Source: Eledone cirrhosa (lineage: Eukaryota). From it: a stretch of DNA of 64,000 bases. Shown here piece after piece: positions 13,971 through 26,966 of this stretch. A model generated the notes under the pieces. That model ran no database searches. It saw only the letters and a list, made by a program, of their open reading frames with translations, and was not told the origin of the DNA. Location of the stretch: NCBI GenBank assembly GCA_964016885.1, contig OZ024764.1, positions 17,856,001 to 17,920,000 on the forward strand. Direction: 5' to 3'. The translations under genes and the position numbers were made by a program. Positions within the stretch are counted from its first letter, which is position 1. Every line of letters starts with the position of its first letter.

Positions 13971-16900
13971 AGTTTGGTCATTCAATGAGAGAGGGGCAAT
14001 TGTGAGAGAGAGTGAGGTAAGTAGTGGCATATATAGAGAGTGAGAGGGTTTAGTCTTTCAATGAGAGAGGGGGAATTGTGAGAGTGAGGGATGTATTAGG
14101 ATATAGAGAGGGTGAGAAAGTTTGGTCATTCAATGAGAGAGGGGGATTTGTAAAAGAGAGAGGTAAGTAGTGGCATATAGAGAGGGTGAGAGAGTTTGGT
14201 CATTCAATGAGAGAGGGGGAATTGTAAGAGAGAGTGAGGTAAGTAGTGGCATATAGAGAGGGTGAGAAAGTTTGGTCATTCAATGAGAGAGGGGGATTTG
14301 TAAAAGAGAGAGGTAAGTAGTGGCATATAGAGAGGGGGAGAGAGTTTGGTCATTCAATGAGAGAGGGGGAATCGTGAGAGTGAGGGATGTAGTAGGATAT
14401 AGAGAGGGTGAGAAAGTTTGGTCTTTCAATGAGAGAGGAGGAATTGTAAGAGAGAGTGAGGTTAGTAGTGGCATATAGAGAGGGTGAGAGAGTTTGGTCA
14501 TTCAATGAGAGAGGGGGAATTGTAAGAGAGTGAGGTAAGTAGTGGCATATAGAGAGGGTGAGAGAGTTTGGTCATTCAATGAGAGAGGGGGAATTGTAAG
14601 AGAGTGAGGTAAGTAGTGGCATATAGAGAGGGGGAGAGAGTTTGGTAATTCAATGAGAGAGGGGGAATTGTAAAAGAGAGTGAGGTAAGTAGTGGCATAT
14701 AGAGAGGGTGGGAGAGTTTGGTCATTCAATGAGAGAGGGGGAATTGTAAGAGAGTGAGGTAAGTAGTGGCATATAGAGAGGGGGAGAGAGTTTGGTAATT
14801 CAATGAGAGAGGGGGAATTGTGAGAGTGAGTGAGGTAAGTAGTGGCATATAGAGAGGGTGAGAGAGTTTGGTCATTCAATGAGAGAGGGGGAATTGTAAG
14901 AGAGTGAGGTAAGTAGTGGCATATAGAGAGGGGGAGAGAGTTTGGTAATTCAATGAGAGAGGGGGAATTGTAAAAGAGAGTGAGGTAAGTAGTGGCATAT
15001 AGAGAGGGTGAGAGAGTTTGGTAATTCAATGAGAGAGGGGGAATTGTGAGATTGAGGGATGTAGTAGGATATAGAGAGAGTGAGAAAGTTTGGTCTTTCA
15101 ATGAGAGAGTGGGAATTGTAAAAGAGAGTGAGGTAAGTAGTGGCATATAGAGAGGGTGAGAGAGTTTGGTCATTCAATGAGAGAGGGGGAATTGTAAGAG
15201 AGAGTGAGGTAAGTAGTGGCATATAGAGAGGGTGAGAGAGTTTGGTCATTCAATGAGAGAGGGGGAATTGTAAGAGAGTGAGGTAAGTAGTGGCATATAG
15301 AGAGGGTGAGAGAGTTTGGTCATTCAATGAGAGAGGGGGAATTGTAAGAGAGAGTGAGGTAAGTAGTGGCATATAGAGAGGGTGAGAGAGTTTGGTCATT
15401 CAATGAGAGAGGGGGAATTGTAAGAGAGTGAGGTAAGTAGTGGCATATAGAGAGGGGGAGAGAGTTTGGTCATTCAATGAGAGAGGAGGAATTGTAAAAG
15501 AGAGTGAGGTAAGGAGTGGCATATAGAGAGGGTGAGAGAGTTTGGTAATTCAATGAGAGAGGGGGAATTGTGAGAGTGAGGGATGTAGTAGGATATAGAG
15601 AGGGTGAGAAAGTTTGGTCTTTCAATGAGAGAGGGGGAATTGTAAGAGAGAGTGAGGTAAGTAGTGGCATATAGAGAGGGTGAGAGAGTTTGGTCATTCA
15701 ATGAGAGAGGGGGAATTGTAAGAGAGAGTGAGGTAAGTAGTGGCATATAGAGAGGGTGAGAGAGTTTGGTCATTCAATGAGAGAGGGGGAATTGTAAGAG
15801 AGTGAGGTAAGTAGTGGCATATAGAGAGGGGGAGAGAGTTTGGTAATTCAATGAGAGAGGGGGAATTGTGAAAGTGAGGGATGTAGTAGGATATAGAGAG
15901 GGTGAGAAAGTTTGGTCATTCAATGAGAGAGGGGATTTGTAAAAGAGAGAGGTAAGTAGTGGCATATAGAGAGGGTGAGAGAGTTTGGTCATTCAATGAG
16001 AGAGGGGGAATTGTAAGAGAGAGTGAGGTAAGTAGTGGCATATAGAGAGGGTGAGAAAGTTTGGTCATTCAATGAGAGAGGGGGATTTGTAAAAGAGAGA
16101 GGTAAGTAGTGGCATATAGAGAGGGGGAGAGAGTTTGGTCATTCAATGAGAGAGGGGGAATTGTGAGAGTGAGGGATGTAGTAGGATATAGAGAGGGTGA
16201 GAAAGTTTGGTCTTTCAATGAGAGAGGAGGAATTGTAAGAGAGAGTGAGGTTAGTAGTGGCATATAGAGAGGGTGAGAGAGTTTGGTCATTCAATGAGAG
16301 AGGGGGAATTGTAAGAGAGAGTGAGGTAAGTAGTGGCATATAGAGAGGGTGAGAGAGTTTGGTCATTCAATGAGAGAGGGGGAATTGTAAGAGAGTGAGG
16401 TAAGTAGTGGCATATAGAGAGGGTGAGAGAGTTTGGTCATTCAATGAGAGAGGGGGAATTGTAAGAGAGTGAGGTAAGTAGTGGCATATAGAGAGGGGGA
16501 GAGAGTTTGGTAATTCAATGAGAGAGGGGGAATTGTAAAAGAGAGTGAGGTAAGTAGTGGCATATAGAGAGGGTGGGAGAGTTTGGTCATTCAATGAGAG
16601 AGGGGGAATTGTAAGAGAGTGAGGTAAGTAGTGGCATATAGAGAGGGGGAGAGAGTTTGGTAATTCAATGAGAGAGGGGGAATTGTGAGAGTGAGTGAGG
16701 TAAGTAGTGGCATATAGAGAGGGTGAGAGAGTTTGGTCATTCAATGAGAGAGGGGGAATTGTAAGAGAGTGAGGTAAGTAGTGGCATATAGAGAGGGGGA
16801 GAGAGTTTGGTAATTCAATGAGAGAGGGGGAATTGTAAAAGAGAGTGAGGTAAGTAGTGGCATATAGAGAGGGTGAGAGAGTTTGGTAATTCAATGAGAG

Positions 16901-18530
16901 AGGGGGAATTGTGAGATTGAGGGATGTAGTAGGATATAGAGAGAGTGAGAAAGTTTGGTCTTTCAATGAGAGAGGGGGAATTGTAAAAGAGAGTGAGGTA
17001 AGTAGTGGCATATAGAGAGGGTGAGAGAGTTTGGTCATTCAATGAGAGAGGGGGAATTGTAAGAGAGAGTGAGGTAAGTAGTGGCATATAGAGAGGGTGA
17101 GAGAGTTTGGTCATTCAATGAGAGAGGGGGAATTGTAAGAGAGTGAGGTAAGTAGTGGCATATAGAGAGGGGGAGAGAGTTTGGTAATTCAATGAGAGAG
17201 GGGGAATTGTGAGAGTGAGTGAGGTAAGTAGTGGCATATAGAGAGGGTGAGAGAGTTTGGTCATTCAATGAGAGAGGGGGAATTGTAAGAGAGTGAGGTA
17301 AGTAGTGGCATATAGAGAGGGGGAGAGAGTTTGGTAATTCAATGAGAGAGGGGGAATTGTAAAAGAGAGTGAGGTAAGTAGTGGCATATAGAGAGGGTGA
17401 GAGAGTTTGGTAATTCAATGAGAGAGGGGGAATTGTGAGATTGAGGGATGTAGTAGGATATAGAGAGAGTGAGAAAGTGTGGTCTTTCAATGAGAGAGGG
17501 GGAATTGTAAAAGAGAGTGAGGTAAGTAGTGGCATATAGAGAGGGTGAGAGAGTTTGGTCATTCAATGAGAGAGGGGGAATTGTAAGAGAGAGTGAGGTA
17601 AGTAGTGGCATATAGAGAGGGTGAGAGAGTTTGGTCATTCAATGAGAGAGGGGGAATTGTAAGAGAGTGAGGTAAGTAGTGGCATATAGAGAGGGGGAGA
17701 GAGTTTGGTCATTCAATGAGAGAGGAGGAATTGTAAAAGAGAGTGAGGTAAGTAGTGGCATATAGAGAGGGTGAGAGAGTTTGGTAATTCAATGAGAGAG
17801 GGGGAATTGTGAGAGTGAGGGATGTAGTAGGATATAGAGAGGGTGAGAAAGTTTGGTCTTTCAATGAGAGAGGGGGAATTGTAAGAGAGAGTGAGGTAAG
17901 TAGTGGCATATAGAGAGGGTGAGAGAGTTTGGTCATTCAATGAGAGAGGGGGAATTGTAAGAGAGAGTGAGGTAAGTAGTGGCATATAGAGAGGGTGAGA
18001 GAGTTTGGTCATTCAATGAGAGAGGGGGAATTGTAAGAGAGTGAGGTAAGTAGTGGCATATAGAGAGGGGGAGAGAGTTTGGTAATTCAATGAGAGAGGG
18101 GGAATTGTAAAAGAGAGTGAGGTAAGTAGTGGCATATAGAGAGGGTGAGAGAGTTTGGTCATTCAATGAGAGAGGGGGAATTGTAAAAGAGAGTGAGGTA
18201 AGTAGTGGCATATAGAGAGGGTGAGAGAGTTTTGTAATTCAATGAGAGAGGGGGAATTGTAAGAGAGTGAGGTAAGTAGTGGCATATAGAGAGGGGGAGA
18301 GAGTTTGGTAATTCAATGAGAGAGGGGGAATTGTAAAAGAGAGTGAGGTAAGTAGTGGCATATAGAGAGGGTGAGAGAGTTTGGTAATTCAATGAGAGAG
18401 GGGGAATTGTGAGAGTGAGGGATGTAGTAGGATATAGAGAGGGTGAGAAAGTTTGGTCTTTCAATGAGGGAGGGGGAATTGTAAGAGAGAGTGAGGTTAG
18501 TAGTGGCATATAGAGAGGGTGAGTGAGTTT
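13969..18530. repeat. 74-76 bp minisatellite, about 60 copies, with higher-order blocks
   Basis: Unit gagtttggtcattcaatgagagagggggaattgtaagagagagtgaggtaagtagtggcatatagagagggtgaga; near-identical blocks at 14502-15173 and 16367-17038. Confidence 0.97.
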
Positions 18531-18686
18531 GATGGTTTATTGAAAGAGAGAGTGACAAAATAAAATTAGGAGGGAAGAAAAATGTTTTTCACAGTAAAGT
18601 GTGTTTATATACATGTGTGTGCGTATTTTTGTATATATGTCTGTATTTGTTTATACATATATATAGCTGTGAGCGTGTGTTTGTTT

Positions 18687-18749
<63 letters not shown>

Positions 18750-19048
18750 CTTGTGTGTGTGTGTTTATATATATATAGGTGGTTGTATTTATATGTGTGT
18801 GTTTATATAAATATATATGTGTATGTGTGTCTATGCCTATGTTTGTTTATATATATATAAAAGCAATAATAATAAATGTGAAGACTAAAATCCCAAGAGG
18901 GCTCGATACCATATAAATATATATGAAATATATAAGAACCGTAGAGCAAATATTTATTAAAATAACAGATTAAAGAGTTTAAGCAAAGAATCGCTGCTTT
19001 CACCCTTAACGGGATCTTCTGAAACTCTGTGTTTCATTAGATCTGTTA

Positions 19049-19091
<43 letters not shown>

Positions 19092-19789
19092 CGAATGAAA
19101 TGTGGTAAGGAACCAGGTGGACCATAACGCACCAAAGTACTCAATACTTAGGGTAGTAGAGTGGGTAATAGGAACGAGTAGGACCTCGACGGCTGAGCTC
19201 AAGCCGTTTCGACGGCTAATTCTGGACTAAATCCAGTTTAGTCCAGAATTAGCCGTCGAAACGGCTTGAGCTCAGCCGTCGGGGTCCTACTCGTTCCTAT
19301 ATATATATATATATATAGGAGTTGTTGTAAGAAATAAGGTCGACCATAACGCACCAGAGTACTCAATACTTAGGAGAGTAGAGTCGGTAATAGGAGAAAG
19401 TATGACCCCCGACGGCTGAGCTCCTGCCGTTTCGACAGCTAGATCTGAACTGTTCAGATCTAACTGTCGAAACAGCAGGAGCTCAGCCGTCGGGGTCCTG
19501 ACTCTTTTCCTATTACCCACTCTACTATCCTAGATATTGAGTACTCTGGTGGGTTATGGTCCACCTGGTTCCTTACCACACTTCCTTTGTTATATATATA
19601 TGTGTGTATGTGCGTATGTGTGTGGCTGTGGTGTTGGTGGTGATGGTGATGTTGGTGTTGTTGTGATGGTGGTGGTGGTGATGACAGTGGTGGTGGTGGT
19701 GGTGGTGGTGGCAGTGGTGCTGTTTATGACGGGTTTCCTGTTGTGACATACGTCAAAAGGAGCTTTCTACTGACATCATGTCTTACATC

Positions 19790-19882
19790 TTACTACTACT
19801 ACTACCACTACTACTGCTACTACTACCAACACCACTACTACCACTACCACTACTACTACTACCACTACCACTACTACTACTA

Positions 19883-19934
<52 letters not shown>

Positions 19935-19936
19935 CG

Positions 19937-19988
<52 letters not shown>

Positions 19989-19989
19989 C

Positions 19990-20033
<44 letters not shown>

Positions 20034-20044
20034 CACTACTACTG

Positions 20045-20077
<33 letters not shown>

Positions 20078-20118
20078 ATACTACTACTACTACTACCACT
20101 ACTACTACTACCACCACC

Positions 20119-20171
<53 letters not shown>

Positions 20172-20395
20172 CACTACTACTGCTACCACTACTACTACTA
20201 CTACTACTACTAATACTACTACCACTACTACTACTACCACCACCACCACTACTACCACTACTACTACCACCACTAGTACTACTACTACTACAACTACTAC
20301 TACTACCACTACTACTACTACTACCACTACTACTACTACCACTACTACTACTACCACTACTACCACTACTACTGCTACCACTACTACTACCACTA

Positions 20396-20436
<41 letters not shown>

Positions 20437-20644
20437 GCTACCACTACTACTACTACCACTATTACTACTACTACTGCTACCACTACTACCACTACTACTA
20501 CCACTACTACCACTACTACCACTACTACTGCTGCCACTACTACTACCACTATTACTACTACTACTACTACTACCACTACTACCACTACTACTACCACTAC
20601 TACCACTACTACTACTACTACTACCACTACTACCACTACCACTG

Positions 20645-20685
<41 letters not shown>

Positions 20686-20761
20686 GCTACCACTACTACT
20701 ATTACCACTATTACTACTACTACCACTACTACTACCACTATTACTACTACTACTACTACTA

Positions 20762-20792
<31 letters not shown>

Positions 20793-20810
20793 CACTACTA
20801 CTACCACTAT

Positions 20811-20842
<32 letters not shown>
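19790..20842. repeat. about 1-kb (TAC/CAC)n trinucleotide tract
   Basis: Direct inspection. Confidence 0.97.
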
Positions 20843-20843
<1 letters not shown>

Positions 20844-21097
20844 AACATCACTAACAACAACACCTATATATAGTTATACTTTGGGAGGGTCATGTTGCCA
20901 ATAGAAACACATGCACCTGTTGGTGTTCACTTTAATTTATTATAAATTTCTGGTTGATTTGTTGAGTAACTGGAGCGGTGTTATACATTGTCAAAGCTCT
21001 TTCGTCACAAATTCTGTGGCCTCCTCAGTGACTTGGTTTTTATTTCCTCTGTGTCTCTCCTTTGTTCTGTCCTACACCATCAAAACAAGATGGTGGG

Positions 21098-21893
21098 TTC
21101 TCTCACTTCTTTCTGTTCAAACCAGCGGTAACTGGCCACTCATACTGATGTTAAGGTATTGTTCTAGAAATAAATAATATCAAAATCTCATAGATTTGAT
21201 ATTATGTGAGGTAAAGCCTTTACTGTGAAAATACAATAGTATATATAGAGTAATGTAAATGTTATGTGAGATATTATGTGAGATAAAGCCTTTACTGTGA
21301 AAATACAATAGTATATATAGAGTAATGTAAATGTTATGTGAGATATTATGTGAGGTAAAGCCTTTACTGTGAAAATACAATAGTATATATAGAGTAATGT
21401 AAATGTTATGTGAGATATTATGTGAGGTAAAGCCTTTACTGTGAAAATACAATAGTATATATAGAGTAATGTAAATGTTATGTGAGATATTATGTGAGGT
21501 AAAGCCTTTACTGTGAAAATACAATAGTATATATAGAGTAATGTAAATGTTATGTGAGATATTATGTGAGGTAAAGACTTTACTGTGAAAATACAATAGT
21601 ATATATAGAGTAATGTAAATGTTATGTGAGATATTATGTGAAGTAAAGCCTTTACTGTGAAAATACAATAGTATATATAGAGTAATGTAAATGATATGTG
21701 AGATATTATGTGAGGTAAAGCCTTTACTGTGAAAATACAATAGTATATATAGAGTAATGTAAATGTTATGTGAGATATTATGTGAGGTAAAGCCTTTACT
21801 GTGAAAATACAATAATATATATAGAGTAATGTAAATGTTGTGAGATATTATGTGAGGTAAAGCCTTTACTGTGAAAATACAATAGTATATATA
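21098..21893 (-). mobile_element. piggyBac-like MITE remnant with 72-bp tandem array (about 9.5 copies)
   Basis: Same body and unit as 51237-51945, opposite orientation, TIRs missing. Confidence 0.75.
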
Positions 21894-21894
21894 G

Positions 21895-22105
21895 CTTCAC
21901 GGCACAGACATTGCTTTATATCTGGAGATCTCTCTACACTTGTCGTCACATGGTACCATGGGCCCAGCACTATGTGTCAGTAATTGTCACAAGTGTAGTG
22001 TTTGTACCAGAGTTTTCAAGTCGCTGGCTGGACTAAAAAGTCACACTCGTTCAGCGCATCGGTAGGGGTTCTCCTACATGGATATAAAGTAGTGGCCGTA
22101 CTCGA
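21895..22105 (+). mobile_element. RTE-type LINE 3' end with C2H2 finger
   Basis: [25 protein letters not shown] followed by a short tail ...tactc...gagttggcagccatcat, like 57790-58095. Confidence 0.6.
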
Positions 22106-22172
22106 AAACGAGTTGGCAGCCATCATATATATGTATATATGAGTGTGTGTGCGTGTGTACATATATATATAT

Positions 22173-22203
<31 letters not shown>

Positions 22204-22364
22204 TATATGTATATATGTATGAGTCTGTTGTATATATATATATATATGTATATGTGTGTGTGTGTATATGTGTGTCTCTGTGTGTGATTGTGTGTATATA
22301 TATGTATATGTGAGTATGTGTGTCTATATAAATATATATATATATATATCTATATACTAATATA

Positions 22365-22407
<43 letters not shown>

Positions 22408-22527
22408 TAGTATATATATATATATGAGTATTACCCATGCTAGCATGGGAAGATGATGATGATATGAGTGTGTATGTTCATGTGTATATATGTATATATA
22501 TATATACATACATGTGTGTATGTATGA

Positions 22528-22568
<41 letters not shown>

Positions 22569-22824
22569 TCTAACCAGTCGAACCCATGCTAGCGTGGAAA
22601 ATGGACGTTAAACGAAGATGATGATGATGATAAGTGTCAGCTGCTCTCCTCAACCTGTCAATGTATAGTGTTGATTGACAGTATATATATCAGTGTAACC
22701 TCCCGGTCACTCTCTCCCACCCTGGACAGGCATACAGCACAGATGTGTGTATATATATATATATACACTACCTTGATTAAATCTTAACCATCTAACATGT
22801 CAGGGTATGTCATGTATCATTTTA

Positions 22825-22887
22825 TTTTATCTGATGAGGACGTACTGTTGAACTTAATTCAGTACCTCTGAAATATGTATAATAAAA
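22825..22887 (+). ncRNA. type I hammerhead ribozyme motif (family B)
   Basis: ttttat-CTGATGA-ggacgtactg...cagtacctct-GAAA-tatgta-TA-ataaaa. Confidence 0.72.
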
Positions 22888-23052
22888 TTTAATTGATCAC
22901 AAGAATATCTATTTTGTTAATATTTGAATTAATATTAATAACTCTGGAAAATATCTGCTGCAGAGTGCTTCCAATCTACTGTAAAACTCATTCTTTGATG
23001 TACTCATTGAATCTTGTTTAACTCTTTAATATATATATATATATATATATAA

Positions 23053-23490
23053 TCATCATCATCATCATCATCACCGTTTTACGTCCGTTCTTCCACGCTA
23101 GCATGGGTTAGACGGGTTGTCCTGTTGTGTGCAGTGTCTGGTCGGCTGACCATACCTTGCTCATACAGGAACTGATTTGGCTTGATTTCTACAGCTGGAT
23201 GCCCTTCCTAACACCAACCTCATTTACAGTGAGTGCTGGGTGCTTTTTTGCCGTGGCACCTCCACGACCACTTTGCAGTGTGGGCTGGGTGGGTGCTTTT
23301 TTGCCGTGGCACCTCCACGACCACCTTGCGGTGGGGGGTGTGGGGGCATATTGTCTATATACTTCAGCTTGTACCCGTGGGAGGTCGGGTACTCTGTATT
23401 ACTGCGTGACGCCAGAGGTCACGGTCGTGTGTCATCGCCTTTGAGAGGTGTAATTGGGTAAGGTCGGCTTTTATCACCTCATCCCAGGTA
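23053..23490 (-). mobile_element. RTE LINE 3' end with (GAT)n tail
   Basis: TWDEVIKADLTQLHLSKAMTHDRDLWRHAVIQ plus the 3' UTR shared with SINE family 1. Confidence 0.8.
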
Positions 23491-23799
23491 TTGTATATAT
23501 ATATATATATATATATCATCATCATCATCATCACCGTTTTACGTCCGTTCTTCCATGCTAGCATGGGTTAGATATATATATAAGGGATAACAAAATATAG
23601 GTAATCCAGTTAGAGGTTGTGAATACTTCTTATTATGGATAGTTTTAGCGTACAGCGTTGTTTTACTCCACAAGAGGTTTACATATATATATATATTTAT
23701 ATAGTATTAATCTATATAAATATATAAAATATATATATATATATAGGCAAAAGTTTTATTTAAAATTGTTGGGTTACAACAAGTAAATATTTTATAACC

Positions 23800-24333
23800 G
23801 ATATAAAGCACTCGACAAGTTATTTATAAAACTGTTTATATATTGTATTTTATCTGACACAGGCATGCCATATTTTTAATATGGTATCCCTGAAATATGT
23901 ATAATGATATAAAGCACTCGACAAAATTATTTATAAAACTGTTTATATATTGTATTTTATCTGACGAAGGCATGCCATATTTTTAATATGGTATCCCTGA
24001 AATATGTATAATGATATAAAGCACTCGACAAAATTATTTATAAAACTGTTTATATATTGTATTTTATCTGACGAAGGCATGCCATATTTTTAATATGGTA
24101 TCCCTGAAATATGTATAATGATATAAAGCACTCGACAAAATTATTTATAAAACTGTTTATATATTGTATTTTATCTGACGAAGGCATGCCATATTTTTAA
24201 TATGGTATCCCTGAAATATGTATAATGATATAAAGCACTCGACAAAATTATTTATAAAACTGTTTATATATTGTATTTTATCTGACGAAGGCATGCCATA
24301 TTTTTAATATGGTATCCCTGAAATATGTATAAT
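23800..24333 (+). ncRNA. 5 x 107-bp tandem array, each unit carrying a hammerhead motif (4 intact cores)
   Basis: CTGACGA at 23961, 24068, 24175, 24282 (CTGACAC at 23854); stem II aggcatgccata/tatggtatccct; GAAA-tatgta-TA. Confidence 0.8.
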
Positions 24334-24529
24334 GAAATAAATATGGTTTTATAAATATAGTTTCCATTTGTTTAATATCGTATACATATATACATATATT
24401 TATATATATGTATATATATATATATATTTATTTATATATATGTATATATATATATATATATTTTATATATACTTATATATATATAAGTACATATATATAT
24501 ATATATATATATACACATGTAAAATTTAT

Positions 24530-24598
<69 letters not shown>

Positions 24599-24820
24599 CT
24601 TTCCTCCTTCTCTGTAGACACCTGGGGGTAGTGGTGACAGTGTGGGACTATGGCAACGGGATGCAGTGACGTGAGGTGTGACAGATGTTTGTAAAGCTGG
24701 TGCCAGAAATGGCTGCAGTGATTGGCAGCTTCTTCATGTAGACATGTCTTATATATATAGCTTCCATATATGTAGATATGGTGTATATATATATATATAT
24801 ATATATTTGTTGTGTATATG

Positions 24821-24852
<32 letters not shown>

Positions 24853-24868
24853 TGTATACATGTATACA

Positions 24869-24933
<65 letters not shown>

Positions 24934-24947
24934 GTAGATATGTAGAC

Positions 24948-24989
<42 letters not shown>

Positions 24990-25012
24990 GTAGACATGTA
25001 TACATGTGTGTG

Positions 25013-25055
<43 letters not shown>

Positions 25056-25124
25056 GTATACATGTATACATGTGTGTGTGTATATATATATATATATATA
25101 CACACATGTATACATGTATACATT

Positions 25125-25177
<53 letters not shown>

Positions 25178-25184
25178 GTAAACA

Positions 25185-25229
<45 letters not shown>

Positions 25230-25685
25230 GTATACATGTGTATGTGTAGATTCTGGGCCTACAAAAAGACACATGTAGTATTTTGTGACACACTCATATA
25301 TAGGGATTCATAAATATGATTCCAGTTCCTCAGAGAAATAACACCCCAACCAGGAGCTGGACATATCAGAGTATTGACGGAGTAAAACACCTCAACAACA
25401 GGTGTACCTGTCTCTACCACACCAATTCGGACTACCTGAAGAGGTCACAGCCAAGAACGAAGCCAATTTGTAAATATTTGACTTATTTATTTTATTTTAC
25501 ATTACTCCGGAGTAACCAAACCAACCTGCGCACTTCATCGAGTGCTCCAATCTGCATATTGAGGGGTTGGTATACAACCAACATATACCCAAAATATATA
25601 TATATATAATAAGGAAGCTCCAACTATTAAGGTTGTCTTTATTTTTTCCGGGTATGTCATTATTTATTTATAAACTAAATCTGTA

Positions 25686-25747
25686 TTTTATCTGATGAAA
25701 GCGCACCATAATTTACCTAGGTTGCCCTTGAAATATGTATAATAAAA
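25686..25747 (+). ncRNA. hammerhead motif (family B); second copy at 25921-25975
   Basis: ttttat-CTGATGA-...-GAAA-tatgta-TA-ataaaa. Confidence 0.6.
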
Positions 25748-25780
25748 TAAATATGGTTTTATAAATATAGTTTCCATTTA

Positions 25781-25838
<58 letters not shown>

Positions 25839-25849
25839 TATATACATAT

Positions 25850-25881
<32 letters not shown>

Positions 25882-25983
25882 GTATATATATATGTATATA
25901 TATATGTATATATATATTGTCTGATGAAGGCATACCATAATTTAACATGGTATCCTTGAAATATGTATAATAGAATAGATATG

Positions 25984-26066
<83 letters not shown>

Positions 26067-26097
26067 ATATTTATTTATATATATATATATATTTATT

Positions 26098-26163
<66 letters not shown>

Positions 26164-26217
26164 AATGATATTAATAAATGGAAACTATATTTATATTGGA
26201 GTGCTTCGAATCAGTTA

Positions 26218-26714
26218 TCTATATATATAAAACTGAGGATGCCTGTCTGTCTGTGTGTCTCTCTGTCTGTCTGTGTGTCTGTGAGTTTGAATCCCTAAAA
26301 CTCGAGAAGTACCCAACCGATTTTGTTCAAACTTTAACTTATCTTTCAGGGAGTGTTATGCACATAAAATACAACTTTTTGATCCCTAGGGCCCGCATTA
26401 GGTGTAAAACTGCGTTTTTTCAGCTTTTTAGGGGTTTTTTGAGGCGTTGCGTCTAGCAGATTTTCCCGAAATTTCAAGACATATTATGCACATAAAAAAA
26501 ATTCATTTTCTTGATCTCCTAGGGCCCGCATTAGGTGAAAACCTGCATTTTTCCTGCTTCATCGAGGAAAGTCTTAAAGATTATCCAGCCATCGGAATAT
26601 TCGGTTTATTTTCTTTACATATTGTCCAGGCATGCAGTTTTTCCACGATTAGGTCTGTTGGCAGCCCGCGTTCCAAAATACCTTATCCCCTGCAACGCCG
26701 GGTACCACTGCTAG
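26218..26714 (+). mobile_element. non-autonomous Helitron
   Basis: A|TC tatatatataaaa ... CCC-tgcaacgcc-GGG hairpin ... CTAG|T with no TSD. The flanks rejoin into a sequence matching the reverse complement of 44175-44240. Confidence 0.8.
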
Positions 26715-26763
26715 TAAATATATATATTTGCTGAATTACCAACAAATTAAATACCCCTTTACT

Positions 26764-26920
<157 letters not shown>

Positions 26921-26966
26921 GGGAGAGAGAGAGAGAGGCAGGTAGATAGATAGATGGAGGGATAGA

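Noticed and set aside
13969-18530. Regular arrays as CRISPR or repeat-protein genes (also 35592, 40285, 53832)
   Set aside because: No unique spacers, no cas genes, eukaryotic context; unit-length variants break the reading frames.
19776-20854. Poly-V, poly-L or poly-Y ORFs
   Set aside because: Pure trinucleotide tract with no flanking coding context.
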